NCBI RefSeq assembly: GCF_018977255.1 | Contig: NW_024704742.1 | Span: 91,142,001-91,206,000, forward strand | Length of the DNA stretch: 64,000 bases | Origin: Callorhinchus milii | Lineage: Eukaryota | Direction: 5' to 3' | Shown: positions 13,067 through 25,016 of the stretch, piece after piece | Position numbering within the stretch: the stretch's first letter is position 1 | Layout: each line of letters begins with the position of its first letter | Program-made: the position numbers and the translations under genes | The notes under the pieces: generated by a model | What the model was told of the DNA's origin: nothing | The model's database searches: none | The model's input: the letters and a program-made list of their open reading frames with translations, nothing else

Positions 13067-13345
13067 GCATGTCCCCCGACTTGCCTGCCCCACCATTGGC
13101 GGGCAGCCTTGCGCCACTCTGCTCCCACCCTCTGGAACTCCATCACGCAGTCCCTCCGTCTTGCCCCCTCCCTTGCTTCCTTCAAGACCCACCTCAAGAC
13201 CCTCCTCTTCGACCATGCTTTTGATCACCCTGCTTCCCTTCCTGCCCTCCACCCTCCCCAATCCCGACCGCCAGCTTGGGTCCGAAACACAATGGGACAT
13301 CCTCCCGATGTCCGGGCGCTATACAAATATAATTTTGTTGTTGTA
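13067..13345 (+). mobile_element. L2 3' end
   Basis: SAPTLWNSITQSLRLAPSLASFKTHLKTLLFDHAF plus stem-loop tail. Confidence 0.92.
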
Positions 13346-16300
13346 CATTGAAGTGACTGAAAGGTAATTCAATTCAGGTATTCCCAAAAGGATATAAACA
13401 AAAGCACCAACCAACTCTAAGGACAAGCTACTTAGTCCAAGACTAATTGTTGGAAAACGGATCCACGAAATGTATTAGCATAACATTTCCATTCCTGAAG
13501 TTCCCTATCTTTATGGCTTCTCTGATGCAATAAACGAGAGCGACATGCAGGTGTTGAACTGAACCCCTCGCCCACCCTCACACACACAATCCTCAAAAGC
13601 AATCAGCAGAAACTTGCAACGCTTACTTAGCAAGATTTATTCCTACTTTACTAAGATGTAAAGAGAGTATTTCAGTTGATCAGATTGTTGACATTTGGAT
13701 GAAGAACATATTTTTACATTTGTTAAAAATGGAGTGTGAAGCGCTTTGAGACAACCTCCTAACGCGATAGGCACTATATAAATGTAAATTATAATAATAA
13801 GAATCCTTGCATTTGATATAGCGCCTTATCACATCGTCTCAAAGTATTGTACTGTTTTATCATATGTTCAAATCAGTTTTTTTAGTAGCAAATGCACATG
13901 TGAAAGAATGACCGAAATAAATCAAAATTCAGACACAAAGTTTAACTAGCAAACTCCAAATATTGCGTCTTCTTTGCTGATACTGCTCAAAATACCTCAA
14001 AGTGAAATACTGCAATATACTAAACCGCTACCCACTTTAGCTTTACTGCTGCTTCTTTATTAAACAAGAGTTCTCATTACATCAGGTTTTGTGAAATACT
14101 GACTTGAACACATTGCTTTATAGGTCATTAAAACATTATTAGATTTATAAATCTCCTTTTAAAATGCCCTCTTCACAATTTTTTCAATATGCTGCTTATT
14201 ATAGCTTGTAGCAAATCTCCAAATCACCAAAATCAATTCAATCAAAATGTTAAAGCTGCACGTGCCTTTTTTTTAAATAAAGTCTCCTACAAATAACAAG
14301 CTTCTGCTCAAAATAGGTTTGAGGAAATTCCTTCAGATTCAAAATATATTTTGGTGGTCAAAATTATGGTATTCTTAAATGCACCCCATTCTGTAATTAT
14401 TGCCGCCAATAATTAATGAACACTTAATCAACTGGAACATATTCTAAATGACAGGTATGGAGCTGAAGATCCCTCCAGGAGGCTGGTGTCTCTCTCAGAG
14501 CCTGGATCAGAGAGCGCTGATTATGCACTTCTTTGCCAGATACTGGCCAAAATGTGAAAGCAAAAAATTAGTTAAAAAGCCATTCGAGCAACTATGAATG
14601 AATAAAAAGTTTCTCACTAAATTAACAACAAAGTTGTCCAAGGCTGAAAGAGAAACAGATGTCAGGAGCTGTTCAGTCCCAAACCTGTCATTTAAGGACA
14701 GGTTTTAGGGGCATGTTTTTAACCGTATCCTCTTGTTATATAATGGTTAGCTTTAATTTTTCTAAACACAGCATTTATATGCAGGATCACATTATATCCC
14801 AGACATATAGAAGGTTATTCTCCCCTTGTCAGGACGTACAATGGAATTACTGTATAATGTGCTTGTTGCCAAAGGTTGTTAAATTTACCAACCTCCATAG
14901 TGTAATTAATTATTCTGCTGACATGCAAACATCATAAAGCTTTGCCATCAATCAGGTCTTTCTTGTGCAAACATAAATACTGGTTTGTGCAATTGAAGAA
15001 TTCAATTTCTGGGAAAATACTTAACTTCAACTCACTGGGGCTGAAAATGTATTGTAGTATTCCCAAATTTGCAAATTGTAAACCACAGCACTAATAACAG
15101 CTTCCTTGTTGTAACAAATTGCAGGATTCACTTCCAAATTTGCTTAAAAAAAACTGGGATAAAATACAATCTTGAAGGCTGTTTCTTATCGGCATTTTAT
15201 TATTATTTCTCAACTGAGAAATGGAATAAAAGCAAATGTCAGCGGCAATCAAAAACTGGAAGTCACGAACACTACATTTTGAATCATCTTTCCATAGCTA
15301 ACATGCAATGTAAAAGCGGTGGAGAAAAATGACTCAAATATTGTAGGAAATAGCCATTGGCTTTGCAGTTTAACTCTTAGAGAGTTGCTAAGATACACTT
15401 CAGTTAGGTTGCTAAGTTTACTTTTACACATTCAGGCTCGCCCACTCATGACTTTTCACTTTTTCTTCAAACTAAAGATTGACAATGGTAGCCAGTCAAT
15501 AATAAAAAAAATCACTCCCACATTCCACAATGGACATAAATACATGAGGAAACAGCAATGGTAAAGTTAAACGCAGGGATAGTTAGAAAAACAGGGTGGA
15601 AATAAGGTTGAAAATTAGTAAAATTAAAATAAAAAAAGCGAGATTAAGAAACAGAAAATAGATTTAAAATTAAAAATGACAGGACAATTATAAATAATTA
15701 AAATGTTTTATTTTTTACTTTTGTTTGTGAGTTTATTTTAGTCCGAGACGGATGTGACAGTAATAAAGCTACTTATAATGTGCAAGAAGCTTTATTACCA
15801 TAATAATATCGTTCAGTCACTGGAAATATCCAGTACCAATGGCACCTTGAAAGACAGGGATTCCCATTGATTTCCCAGAAACTTAAGAGCTAAAAAAACA
15901 AAAGTAGAAACAGAATAAGTGAAAATTGTTCATTTTCCAAGCAAAACCTGCATCCATATTACTTCTGAATACCATGTGATCTTTATACCTCTGTCATACT
16001 CAACACGGAAATGCTTTGTCAAATGATTTGAATGCAGAAACACTGAGCAAAAAAAGAAAAGCAACACGAGTTGACACGTACAGTGTGAAAGCTGAGGTGT
16101 CTGCATGTAATAAGGCTAGATTCTGAAATTGAACCACATTTCAGCTATCTTACAGTGCTGTAGTCCACATGAACTTTGTGACAGGCCTCTGTCTCCTCAG
16201 CCACACTTGACTGGCTCTCACTGACACTCAACTGTCAGTTAGCAACCCTTTACCATGCCCCTAACATGCTCTACAGCTTCACCCAATTAACTCGCTTTCA

Positions 16301-17180
16301 CATGACATTGCAGCAAAGAGCTTCATAATAGGTGGTCAAGGTGCACCGTGTCTGCCTGCCCTCTGACTGCTCACGCAGAACAAAAAGTTTAACTACCTGC
16401 TAGTGGTGAATGGGAATGTGGGGATCATAAACATATCAGTTATATTTTCTTCTCATATGGACTTGAAATCACAAGTAGCACTAAGTTCTAATATAGCAAA
16501 ATGCCAGTGACAGTAGCTAAATAAAGCATATTTAAATGAAATTTTTTTTAGCTGAATACAAGAAAAAAAATCTTGAGCTTTTAAAACATCCAGAATTATG
16601 TTCTTTTCCATTAATGGATTTAACAAAAAAGTGAATACTGTTACCTTTTACTGAAGCAGAACATTTTATAGGACTAGTAATTTTTCAGCAAACTAATCTT
16701 ATATTTAAAATTACAGTCAAATATTTTATCACCACAACTATAAGCAATAATAATAATCCTTGCATTTTTGATATAGCACTTGATCACGTGTCTCAAAGTA
16801 GAGCTGTCTCAAAGTAGATAATAATTAGAATTGTGTACTCCAGGGCTTTGATTTATAACGTGAAGTGATTTTTATCCCACTGATCATCAACCACTGAATA
16901 CAATGGGATCTACAGCTAATGGAAGCCCAGCAATAACTCTAAGGTAACAACCTAACTCCACCTGCACCAAGAGGTCAGCAGTGGATGCAATCTGGATAGT
17001 TTAAAGTATAGAAGGGGAAGGAAGCCAGGGAGACAAATTAACATAGGTCACTCTGGGAGCATGTAATTGTTGCGTAAACGAGAAGCAGATACGTCAAGAC
17101 ACCGAGGAACACTCTACTGTAGGCAAGGTAAGAGAGCCAAATAATGAGATGAAATCTTGGAGTAAAATAGATTTATAATA

Positions 17181-17385
17181 AATAATAATAATCCTTGCAT
17201 TTGATATAGCGTCTTATCACGTTTTGTAGACGCCTCAAAGCGCTTCACAGAATAAACTGTAAAGTGAATTGACTGTATATTTTGTGGATGAAACACGGCA
17301 GCCGATTGCGCAAAGCAGTGTCCCACAAACAGTCGTGGATTGAGTGACCAAATTATTATTAGTAGTAGGTTTTGAAGGGATTATT
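17181..17385 (-). mobile_element. SINE 3' half
   Basis: aataataatccttgcatttgatatagcg... matches the reverse complement of the family tail and body. Confidence 0.9.
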
Positions 17386-17451
17386 ATAAGTTATCAGGTG
17401 CAAAGGTGATAGGTTTCTGGTTTAATTCCAATATTATCCAGGCGCACAAAA

Positions 17452-18270
17452 ACAACTTGCACTTTATAGCACTTTTCATGCAATTAGACATCCCAAAAGT
17501 ACTTCAGAGAGATGGAATGAGTGGGCCTGGATAAGCTACAAATGTATGTGTTGGGGGGGAGTGGGGGAAGAGGAGGAGGAAATGCCTGGAGTCACAGTCA
17601 AAGAGATAATTTTTTTTAGAGCAGACCAGAGAGGAGTGCAGGGCAGAGGGATTTAGGCTGATAGATCCAGAAACGGGGGCAAGAAAGGCTGAAGGTTCAC
17701 CCATCTGGTGTGGAAGGAGTGAGTAACATGGAGCAGGTAAAGGATCAGGGCACTGAGACATTTGAAAGTTAGAATGACGCTCTTAAAGTCAATCTGGGAT
17801 TAGTGTGTGATTGTAGTTTGACATGGATGCAAGGAGCTTGGATAAGGCAACCACCTCCCTGGTACAGGAGACAACACTGACTTTGGAGTGTTGCATGACA
17901 TGTACCTTGTGGTGAGTTGCCTCAGGAAGGCCAGAGAGAAAGGCATTGGAGAAATCAGATCAAAAGGTGACAAAGGTGTGGATGAAGTTTCAGCTGTATT
18001 GGGAGTGAGCTAGCAACAGGGGCAGGCAATATTACTGAGTTGAAGGAAATGTTAACGACCGGGGGAAAGGCTTAAAGAGAGCTGAAGGTCAAACAAAATG
18101 CCAATATTTCACATTGGTTCTGTTCACTGGAGTGAGAAGCTAGGAAGGTTGATATAATCAGAGCAAAGGTAAGTAGGGACTGTGGGAGCCAAGAAGGATG
18201 ACTTTAATTTTGTCAAAATTTAGATGAATGAAGTGGTCACTCATCCAGGACTTGATGTCTGATAGTCTCT
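17452..18270 (-). mobile_element. Old L2 fragment
   Basis: Tail acaacttgcactttatagcacttttcatg plus purine-rich decayed L2 ORF2 (catccaggacttgatgtctga = SDIKSWM). Confidence 0.7.
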
Positions 18271-18874
18271 CAGTGCTGCAGTAGTAATGGACTTCAAAAG
18301 ATGTATGTAAATAATGTGTGCAGGAGGGAATTCAATTTGTTATATCACAGCGGCTTTTTTCAAGTAGAAGGAAGTCCTATAAATGTCACTTCTAGGATGG
18401 CCTGCCTATTACTAGAATGAGAGCTAACTGTTGGCACAAAGCACAAGTGCAGCAATTGGGAATCGTTTAAACTAGACTCAGAGGGGAGGAACAAATGCTT
18501 CAGTAGATGATAATGAGCTCAAATGGAGCAAATGGCCATTTTCATCAAAACCTCACATGATATTGTGAAGTCAATGTCTAAAATATCATTTGGTTTGCCC
18601 TCTGAAGCCAGATATCTTAAGCATTTATTTGTGCACAACTGCTGAATGCAAAACTCTTCAAGCTAAATTTCCTCAGATACTACTTGTAGCTCTAAGAAAA
18701 TACCAATACATATTAAAATATATACTCTAATTACATCAGAAAGCAGCTTTATGTGTAAAGAAAAAGATGTGGTGATGTCTTGAAGATTATGTAGTTAGAT
18801 CATTTTGCAATCAATGGCTTTATATTTCTCCATTTTTTCCTCTCAAGAAGCAAAACTGTGGGGATACTGGACTC

Positions 18875-19251
18875 GTGGAGTCTTCTAGTTTAGAGGTTAG
18901 AACACTCGCCTCGCAAGCGAGAGGACCGGTTTCTATTTCCGGTCAGGGTGAATCGTTGGGCAAGTATTTTTAGTCCACACACCTCTGTTTACCTGGCAGC
19001 AACTAGAAACCTGGTTGTTAGTCGATTGGCGTTTCACTTTTCAGGTGGTGATAAGCCCTTAAAATAATTATTAAAAAAATGATTTGGTCACTCAATCCAC
19101 AACTGTTTGTGGGACACTGGTGGGTGCAATTGGCTGCCGCTTTCAACCACAAAATATATAGTCAATTCACTTTACAGTATATTCTGGGAAGCACTTTGAG
19201 ACGGCTTGAAGACGTGATAAAGCGCTATATCAAATGCAAGGGTTATTATTA
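18875..19251 (+). mobile_element. Full-length tRNA-Ala SINE, long subfamily
   Basis: gtggagtc head, ctcgcctcgcaagcgag anticodon arm, extra ctgtttacctggcagc...gtcgattggc segment, tail. Confidence 0.92.
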
Positions 19252-20757
19252 CACATCAGTTCTAGTACAGATGCTGGTTAACTGAGAATTATACCGGCAA
19301 ATACTCTTGAAAGATGTGTTCACCCTCCCACATTGCATATATAATGTTGGCCTTAACAATTTACATTTATAAAACATCTTTCACATTAAACAAAAGTCTC
19401 AAAGCCCTTGAGAATCGCAGGGTGGACACAAAACGGAGCGCCCACCACGCAATTCTATCTGAGTGCTCTTTAGCATCTATCCCCCTGCACAAATAAACCA
19501 TATGGATGGAAAGCAAGGTTAAAAGTGAAGATCTTTGTTTGGTTGATGGTGACTACAGCACGTTTGCCCAATAATTACCATTATTCCTTTACATGCCATA
19601 GGTCAGTATTCCACAAACAGAATTTGTATACGTCCAGACATTCCTTAGGATGGTAAGATATAAACAAAAGGGCACACACTACACAAAGCAGTAGCTTTGC
19701 AGATACTTTCACTATGAACTGATCTAACACTAGGCTAAAACGTGGATTAAAAGCTGTCCCATTGGATAATCACAGACTACCCATGGAAGCAACCTATTAG
19801 TTAGCTCAAAGTGCAGCCACAACCTCCTGCTGAAGCCTGCTAATTATGTACCATTGTAACTGTTTCAACCAGGAGTCAAACAATCTATCTAGCCTTTTAA
19901 TCCAAATTTTCTAATTTCCATCGACATATCCATTGGATCATTTAGTACCCCTAAATGCCTTTAATTTCCAGAAACATATTTAATTCCTTTATGGTAACAA
20001 ATATTGAAATTATGAACATTTTGTCCTGCATCAATAAACAGGTTGTCTGACTCTGGCTCTATATACTAGAGCTGGCACAATGCTCTGGACCTCTTGTACA
20101 TCAGGACCTCACAAAATACAGTGAAGTGGGTCTTTTAACATCATCAACATCAAAATTAAAAAATTAGTATCAAAATTTATATATAATCCAAGTGGATAAG
20201 ATAATCATTTGAAAGAGGAATACAATAGAAACAAGGTTGAATTTGAAGCACTTCTGATTTGAGGAAAATCAAAATGAAACAATCTGCTGGAAGTTACTCA
20301 TCTTTAGATAAAAAGCACAAACTCAAGATATTAGATTAGAAATTGTCAAGAGATCATTATTGAACACTTAGCAATGTATAAAATGGCCTGACCATTGTTA
20401 CAATAGCATTACTCTTTGAAGAAGAAGAAATAATGTCACCCAGATGGCCTAAGCTACGGTTTTAATGCAAGTGGCTTTGCTCAGATACAATAGAACCATA
20501 CTATCATTGGAAGCAACGTTTCATCTTATTCTGACTAGTACATTAAAGCTGCATACACTTTTTACAGATTACACTGGATTTAGCTGATGATTGACAACTA
20601 TATTGCTAATACAGTGGTCTCCGAGATGATTTCCATAATGTTGTTAATGAAGTCAGACAGAATCAGGACATCTAGTAAAGCTCACAAATATGTTTGATAT
20701 AGCATCTTATCAGGACTAAAAATCTCAAAGTGCTTCAAGCAATGGGGAGACCTACAG

Positions 20758-21035
20758 CTCCACACGCCTCTGTTTACCTAGCAGTAAGTAGGAACCCAGT
20801 TGCTTGTCGATTGGTGGATCGCTTTTCTGCCAGTAATAATCCTTCCTAAAAAAAAATAATAATTTGGTGACTAAATCTACGACTGTTTGTGGGACACTGC
20901 TGTGCGCAATTGCTTGCCACGTTCCACCCACAAAATATATAGCCAATTCACTCTACAGTATATTCTGTGAGGTGCTTTGAGACTCTCGAAGACGTGATAA
21001 GGCGCTATATCAAATGCAAGGGTTATTATTATTAT
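20758..21035 (+). mobile_element. 5'-truncated SINE, long subfamily
   Basis: Starts at ctccacacgcctctgtttacctagcagtaagtagg; intact body and tail. Confidence 0.9.
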
Positions 21036-21429
21036 CCATGATTGCTAAAAATGGGATTGATTATGACTTATAATGAGCATTCCTATCAGCACATCCATTG
21101 TTGTTAGACATTTTACCTGTTGGTCACTTTTCCTATTCATCAAGTTGGGGGAAGTTAGTACTCAGGAACAAAATACCCAGCTTCAGCAATAAGCATGACT
21201 ATTTTTGGTTTAGAAATACAGCAAATATTACTCTAATCTCAAAATTAGATGTACTGAGGTAGCATTGCAAACGTTTCTATTTCCCACATCACACGATCCT
21301 TCATGTGAAAGGCACTATATAAATGCAAGTTATTAATAATCATCCTCATTGTCTTTTTGAGTGAGACTGACAATTTAGGACCACTTCATGCACTCAGCCC
21401 CCTCACAATTGTAACTGGGTGAGAGACTA

Positions 21430-21842
21430 TTCTAATTCATATAACATTGCCAGACTCTGCCACTGCCTCACCCCTCAGGCTGCCGAAACCCATATCCATG
21501 CATTCGTCATATCAAGGCTCGATTACAGAAACTCAATGAGCTCTGGTCTGCTCCATGTTTCCCGCCCGACCTGCCCTACCATTGGTGGCCGGCTCTGCCC
21601 CCACACTCTGGAACACCATCCCACGGTCCCTTCGCCTCACTTCCTTCCTTGTCTCCTTCCAGGCCGGTCTTAAGACCCTTCTTTTCGATCGTGCCTTTGG
21701 TCGCCCTCCCAGCTGTCTGACTTCCCTCACCCCTACACCACCTCTTCCCCTTGCTCGGGCCCCGACACCTGACTGTTCAGCGCTTTAGGACGTCCTCCCG
21801 ACCTGAAAGGCGCTCTATAAATGTCATTTTGTTGTTGTTGTT
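21430..21842 (+). mobile_element. L2 3' end with internal deletion
   Basis: NIARLCHCLTPQAAETHIHAFVISRLDYRNS joined to SAPTLWNTIPRSLRL...LKTLLFDRAF; (ttg)n tail. Confidence 0.92.
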
Positions 21843-24678
21843 CATGTAGGGTTCTTATAGTTGGTAAAGATTACTTTAATTCCATTGACCCTGTTATTTA
21901 AATACTAGCAAAATTTCTTTTTTTTAAAATAACAACAGTTGGATTGCAACAGCTACAGAATTTGCTGCTCTGTAAAACTGACACGATGGCTAACATGGTG
22001 ATGATGGAGCAGAGCTTTGTGCTGCAGGAACTCAACCCACATGGAAACTCCCTATACATGAGTTGAGAGGGACAGAAAGGAGTCGATAAAATCTTTTATC
22101 AAAAGAAGAACACAGTACCTCTTTTCTAATTACATTTGACGCAGAGTATTCATTCATTTCAAAACAACTATTTTAAAGAAAGTAACATTCAAGCAACTGA
22201 AAAAACGTCCTTTCATTGAAGTGTTGTACAAAGCAGAGGGTTTTTTTATATGAAGAAATCTCGATTGTGACTTAAATGTTCCCATCTTTAAACAGTGGCT
22301 CAGTTTCAAGGTTAGCAAAGAGCGACTGACATGGGCTCCAATCAAGAAGCTTAAATCAACATTGTTTTCACAGCTGTAATTAAGTCATCTAATAAGAAAC
22401 ACATTTTGACAAGACCAACTATAGAAATCTGACATTACCATTGCTTGTTGTCCAGAGGGTTGACACTCACACAAAGCAATTAGTACAGTAAAGTTGTTTA
22501 TACTTTAAAGACAATAAAGAGTTCAGGGAGCTAACTGAAATTAAGCAACTGCTTTTCTGTCTTTCACTCCTTCCCCCAGTATATTAATGCTCCAGTGGCA
22601 ACAGTGACCAGTCTCATTTCCCGCCATCTCCTCCCCTTTTGTACAGTCCCCATCTCCCAAGTGGCAACTGCATAAGGGGGAGATGAGGAGCTGAGCCAAA
22701 GTCAATAGTTGAGCTGGTCTGAACTGGCTCTCCCTGTGTTCTGCTTGTAAATTGTGTTGGTGTCGATTAGAAGGCTAGTACAGAGTGTTGACTCTTAAAG
22801 ATGTCCAGAATGAATTTTGTCAAATACCTTAGATTTTTGACTATAGTATTAGGTGAGACCTGCAATAGAATTTGTTCAGCTACTGGACATGAATTTCCAA
22901 ACAGTCTAAAATTATAAGATAACTTAATTGCAGCCCGGCTTTCATGAAATACTAAACATTTTGAAAATGATAGTACAGATTGAATATGACATATAATCTA
23001 TGGCTAGAGGTACTCCCACTCTCTCCCCCCACCCACCTACACACACACACTCCTTTCTTGTTTGATTGATATGTGCTGCTTTACCAATCTGAGACATAGT
23101 AATCACAAAGAAGAGATTGCTGTTTCTTTTGGGTAAGAGTTTTTGTGACCTGCCTGGAACAGAGTGTCACTGCTGCAGGTTTGGCAGACAGCCCACCTCT
23201 CCTCCCGCGTTCACAGGAATGCTCAGCTTGATTTAATCAGGAATGGGCAAGAGACCAAAAGCCGAACTCTGGGGCAGGCTAAACCCTGCAAATACTGCAG
23301 AATTGAATGTAGAGCAAAGAAAAAAGAGAAAAATTAAGAGCGGGACAAAAACATTTGACTACCTTTAAGATGACGGTCTGCACAGAAACACAGATAGAAA
23401 ACTATGTTCATTACTGAAGAGAGCACTTCTTTCATGGGTTAGTCCCCTGCTGAGCTGTTCAGGCTCTAAACCTTGCACATAATTCTTGTTGACAAGCTCC
23501 TGAGCGAAAGTATTTGCATTTTGTCTCCCTACATTCCTGGTTTCTGTGCTTGTTCAGGACTTCGTTCCTGTACTAACTACATTCTCAAGATATTTACAAA
23601 TGGGTAACAATGTATTTGTCTCCCAAGGCATTTTCTTTTCACAAATAGTCAGAAATTATAAACTGACTGATGTTGGTCACCAATGTTAAACATAAGGGTC
23701 AAACATAGGAATAAATACTGCATGTCGCAAATGAATTAATTCAATTATAAACCAAAGAACCCCTCCCTGTTCCCAAATGACTTTGTCTATGTTATAATGG
23801 TAGAAATGTCCACCTGATGGATGTAAACATAAAATGTTGTCCCCTGACACAAGCATCGATTTACTTCATAATGCACTCTGGGTGACTTCTTGACAATTAC
23901 AAGATGCACTTTATTAGGCCAAAATGAACTTAAGTGTCATAGTAAACTAACTCTGAAGCAGATAAAAGACAAGGCACTTCTGAAATTGTACATCTTACCA
24001 TTATTAATCTGCAGGTACAAGCGAGAGCTTTTTTGGCCCTCTAGTACGTATTTACCCAGAAGGTAGAATACTTCCTCTGAGGAACACTAATTATTACACA
24101 ATTCAATCGGATTAAAAAAACATAAAATTCTTAACTAAAATAATCATATCATTACATAAATGCAAAGGAAAAGAATAAAGATGCTAATTTATATCACAGT
24201 GAAAAATTGCAGTCAAGAATTCACATGTATTTTGTCAGAACTCATACTCTACATCTAAATGATAATAATGAACAGCTATATACAGCAATCGTTCAAATGG
24301 AGGATCTCTCAGTTGGAGTGTTTTCTATTGTACTGTACTTCACTACTCATGCAGGAGCTTCCTCAAGATATCATAACTTTTAAGTAGTTGAGGTGAAAAG
24401 AACAAATGCTGGAAAGTTTCCTCCACCCAGAAAATCTGGATATACATGGCATATATCTGGATATACATCTGAAAGAAAATGCGACTTTGACATTTTGGCT
24501 GTGACCTTGTATCATAACATTTCCACAGGCACCAGCCACAATACTACTGTACATCCAATGAGCCCAGATAGTAAGTGCTAGAAGATTATTCTATTGTGAA
24601 GTGTTACAGCTGAGCCTGATCATGTCTTCACCCGACGTCCACAGATGAGCACCTTCCAGCAAGAGTCACTACATTTAC

Positions 24679-25016
24679 AGTCCTGTAGCCTAGTGGTTAG
24701 TGCACTCACCTTGCAAGCGAGAAGACCTAAGTTTGATTCCTGGGCAGTACGAAATGTTGGGCAAATTTCCTTACTCCGCAACTTTACCTAGCAGTAAGTA
24801 GGAGCCCAGTTGTTAGTCGATTGGCAGATCAGTTTTCTGGGGGTAATAAACCCTTCAAAAGAAACTGTTTGTGAGGCACCGCTGTGCGCAATTGGCTGCT
24901 GCGTTTCACCCACAAAACTCACAGTCAATTCACTTTACAGTATATTCTGTGAAGTGCTTTGAGACATCTTGAAAACGTGATAAGGCTCTATATCACATAT
25001 GAGGATTATTATTATT
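24679..25016 (+). mobile_element. Near full-length tRNA-Ala SINE, long subfamily
   Basis: agtcctgtagcctagtggttag head, core segment, (TTA)n tail. Confidence 0.9.
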
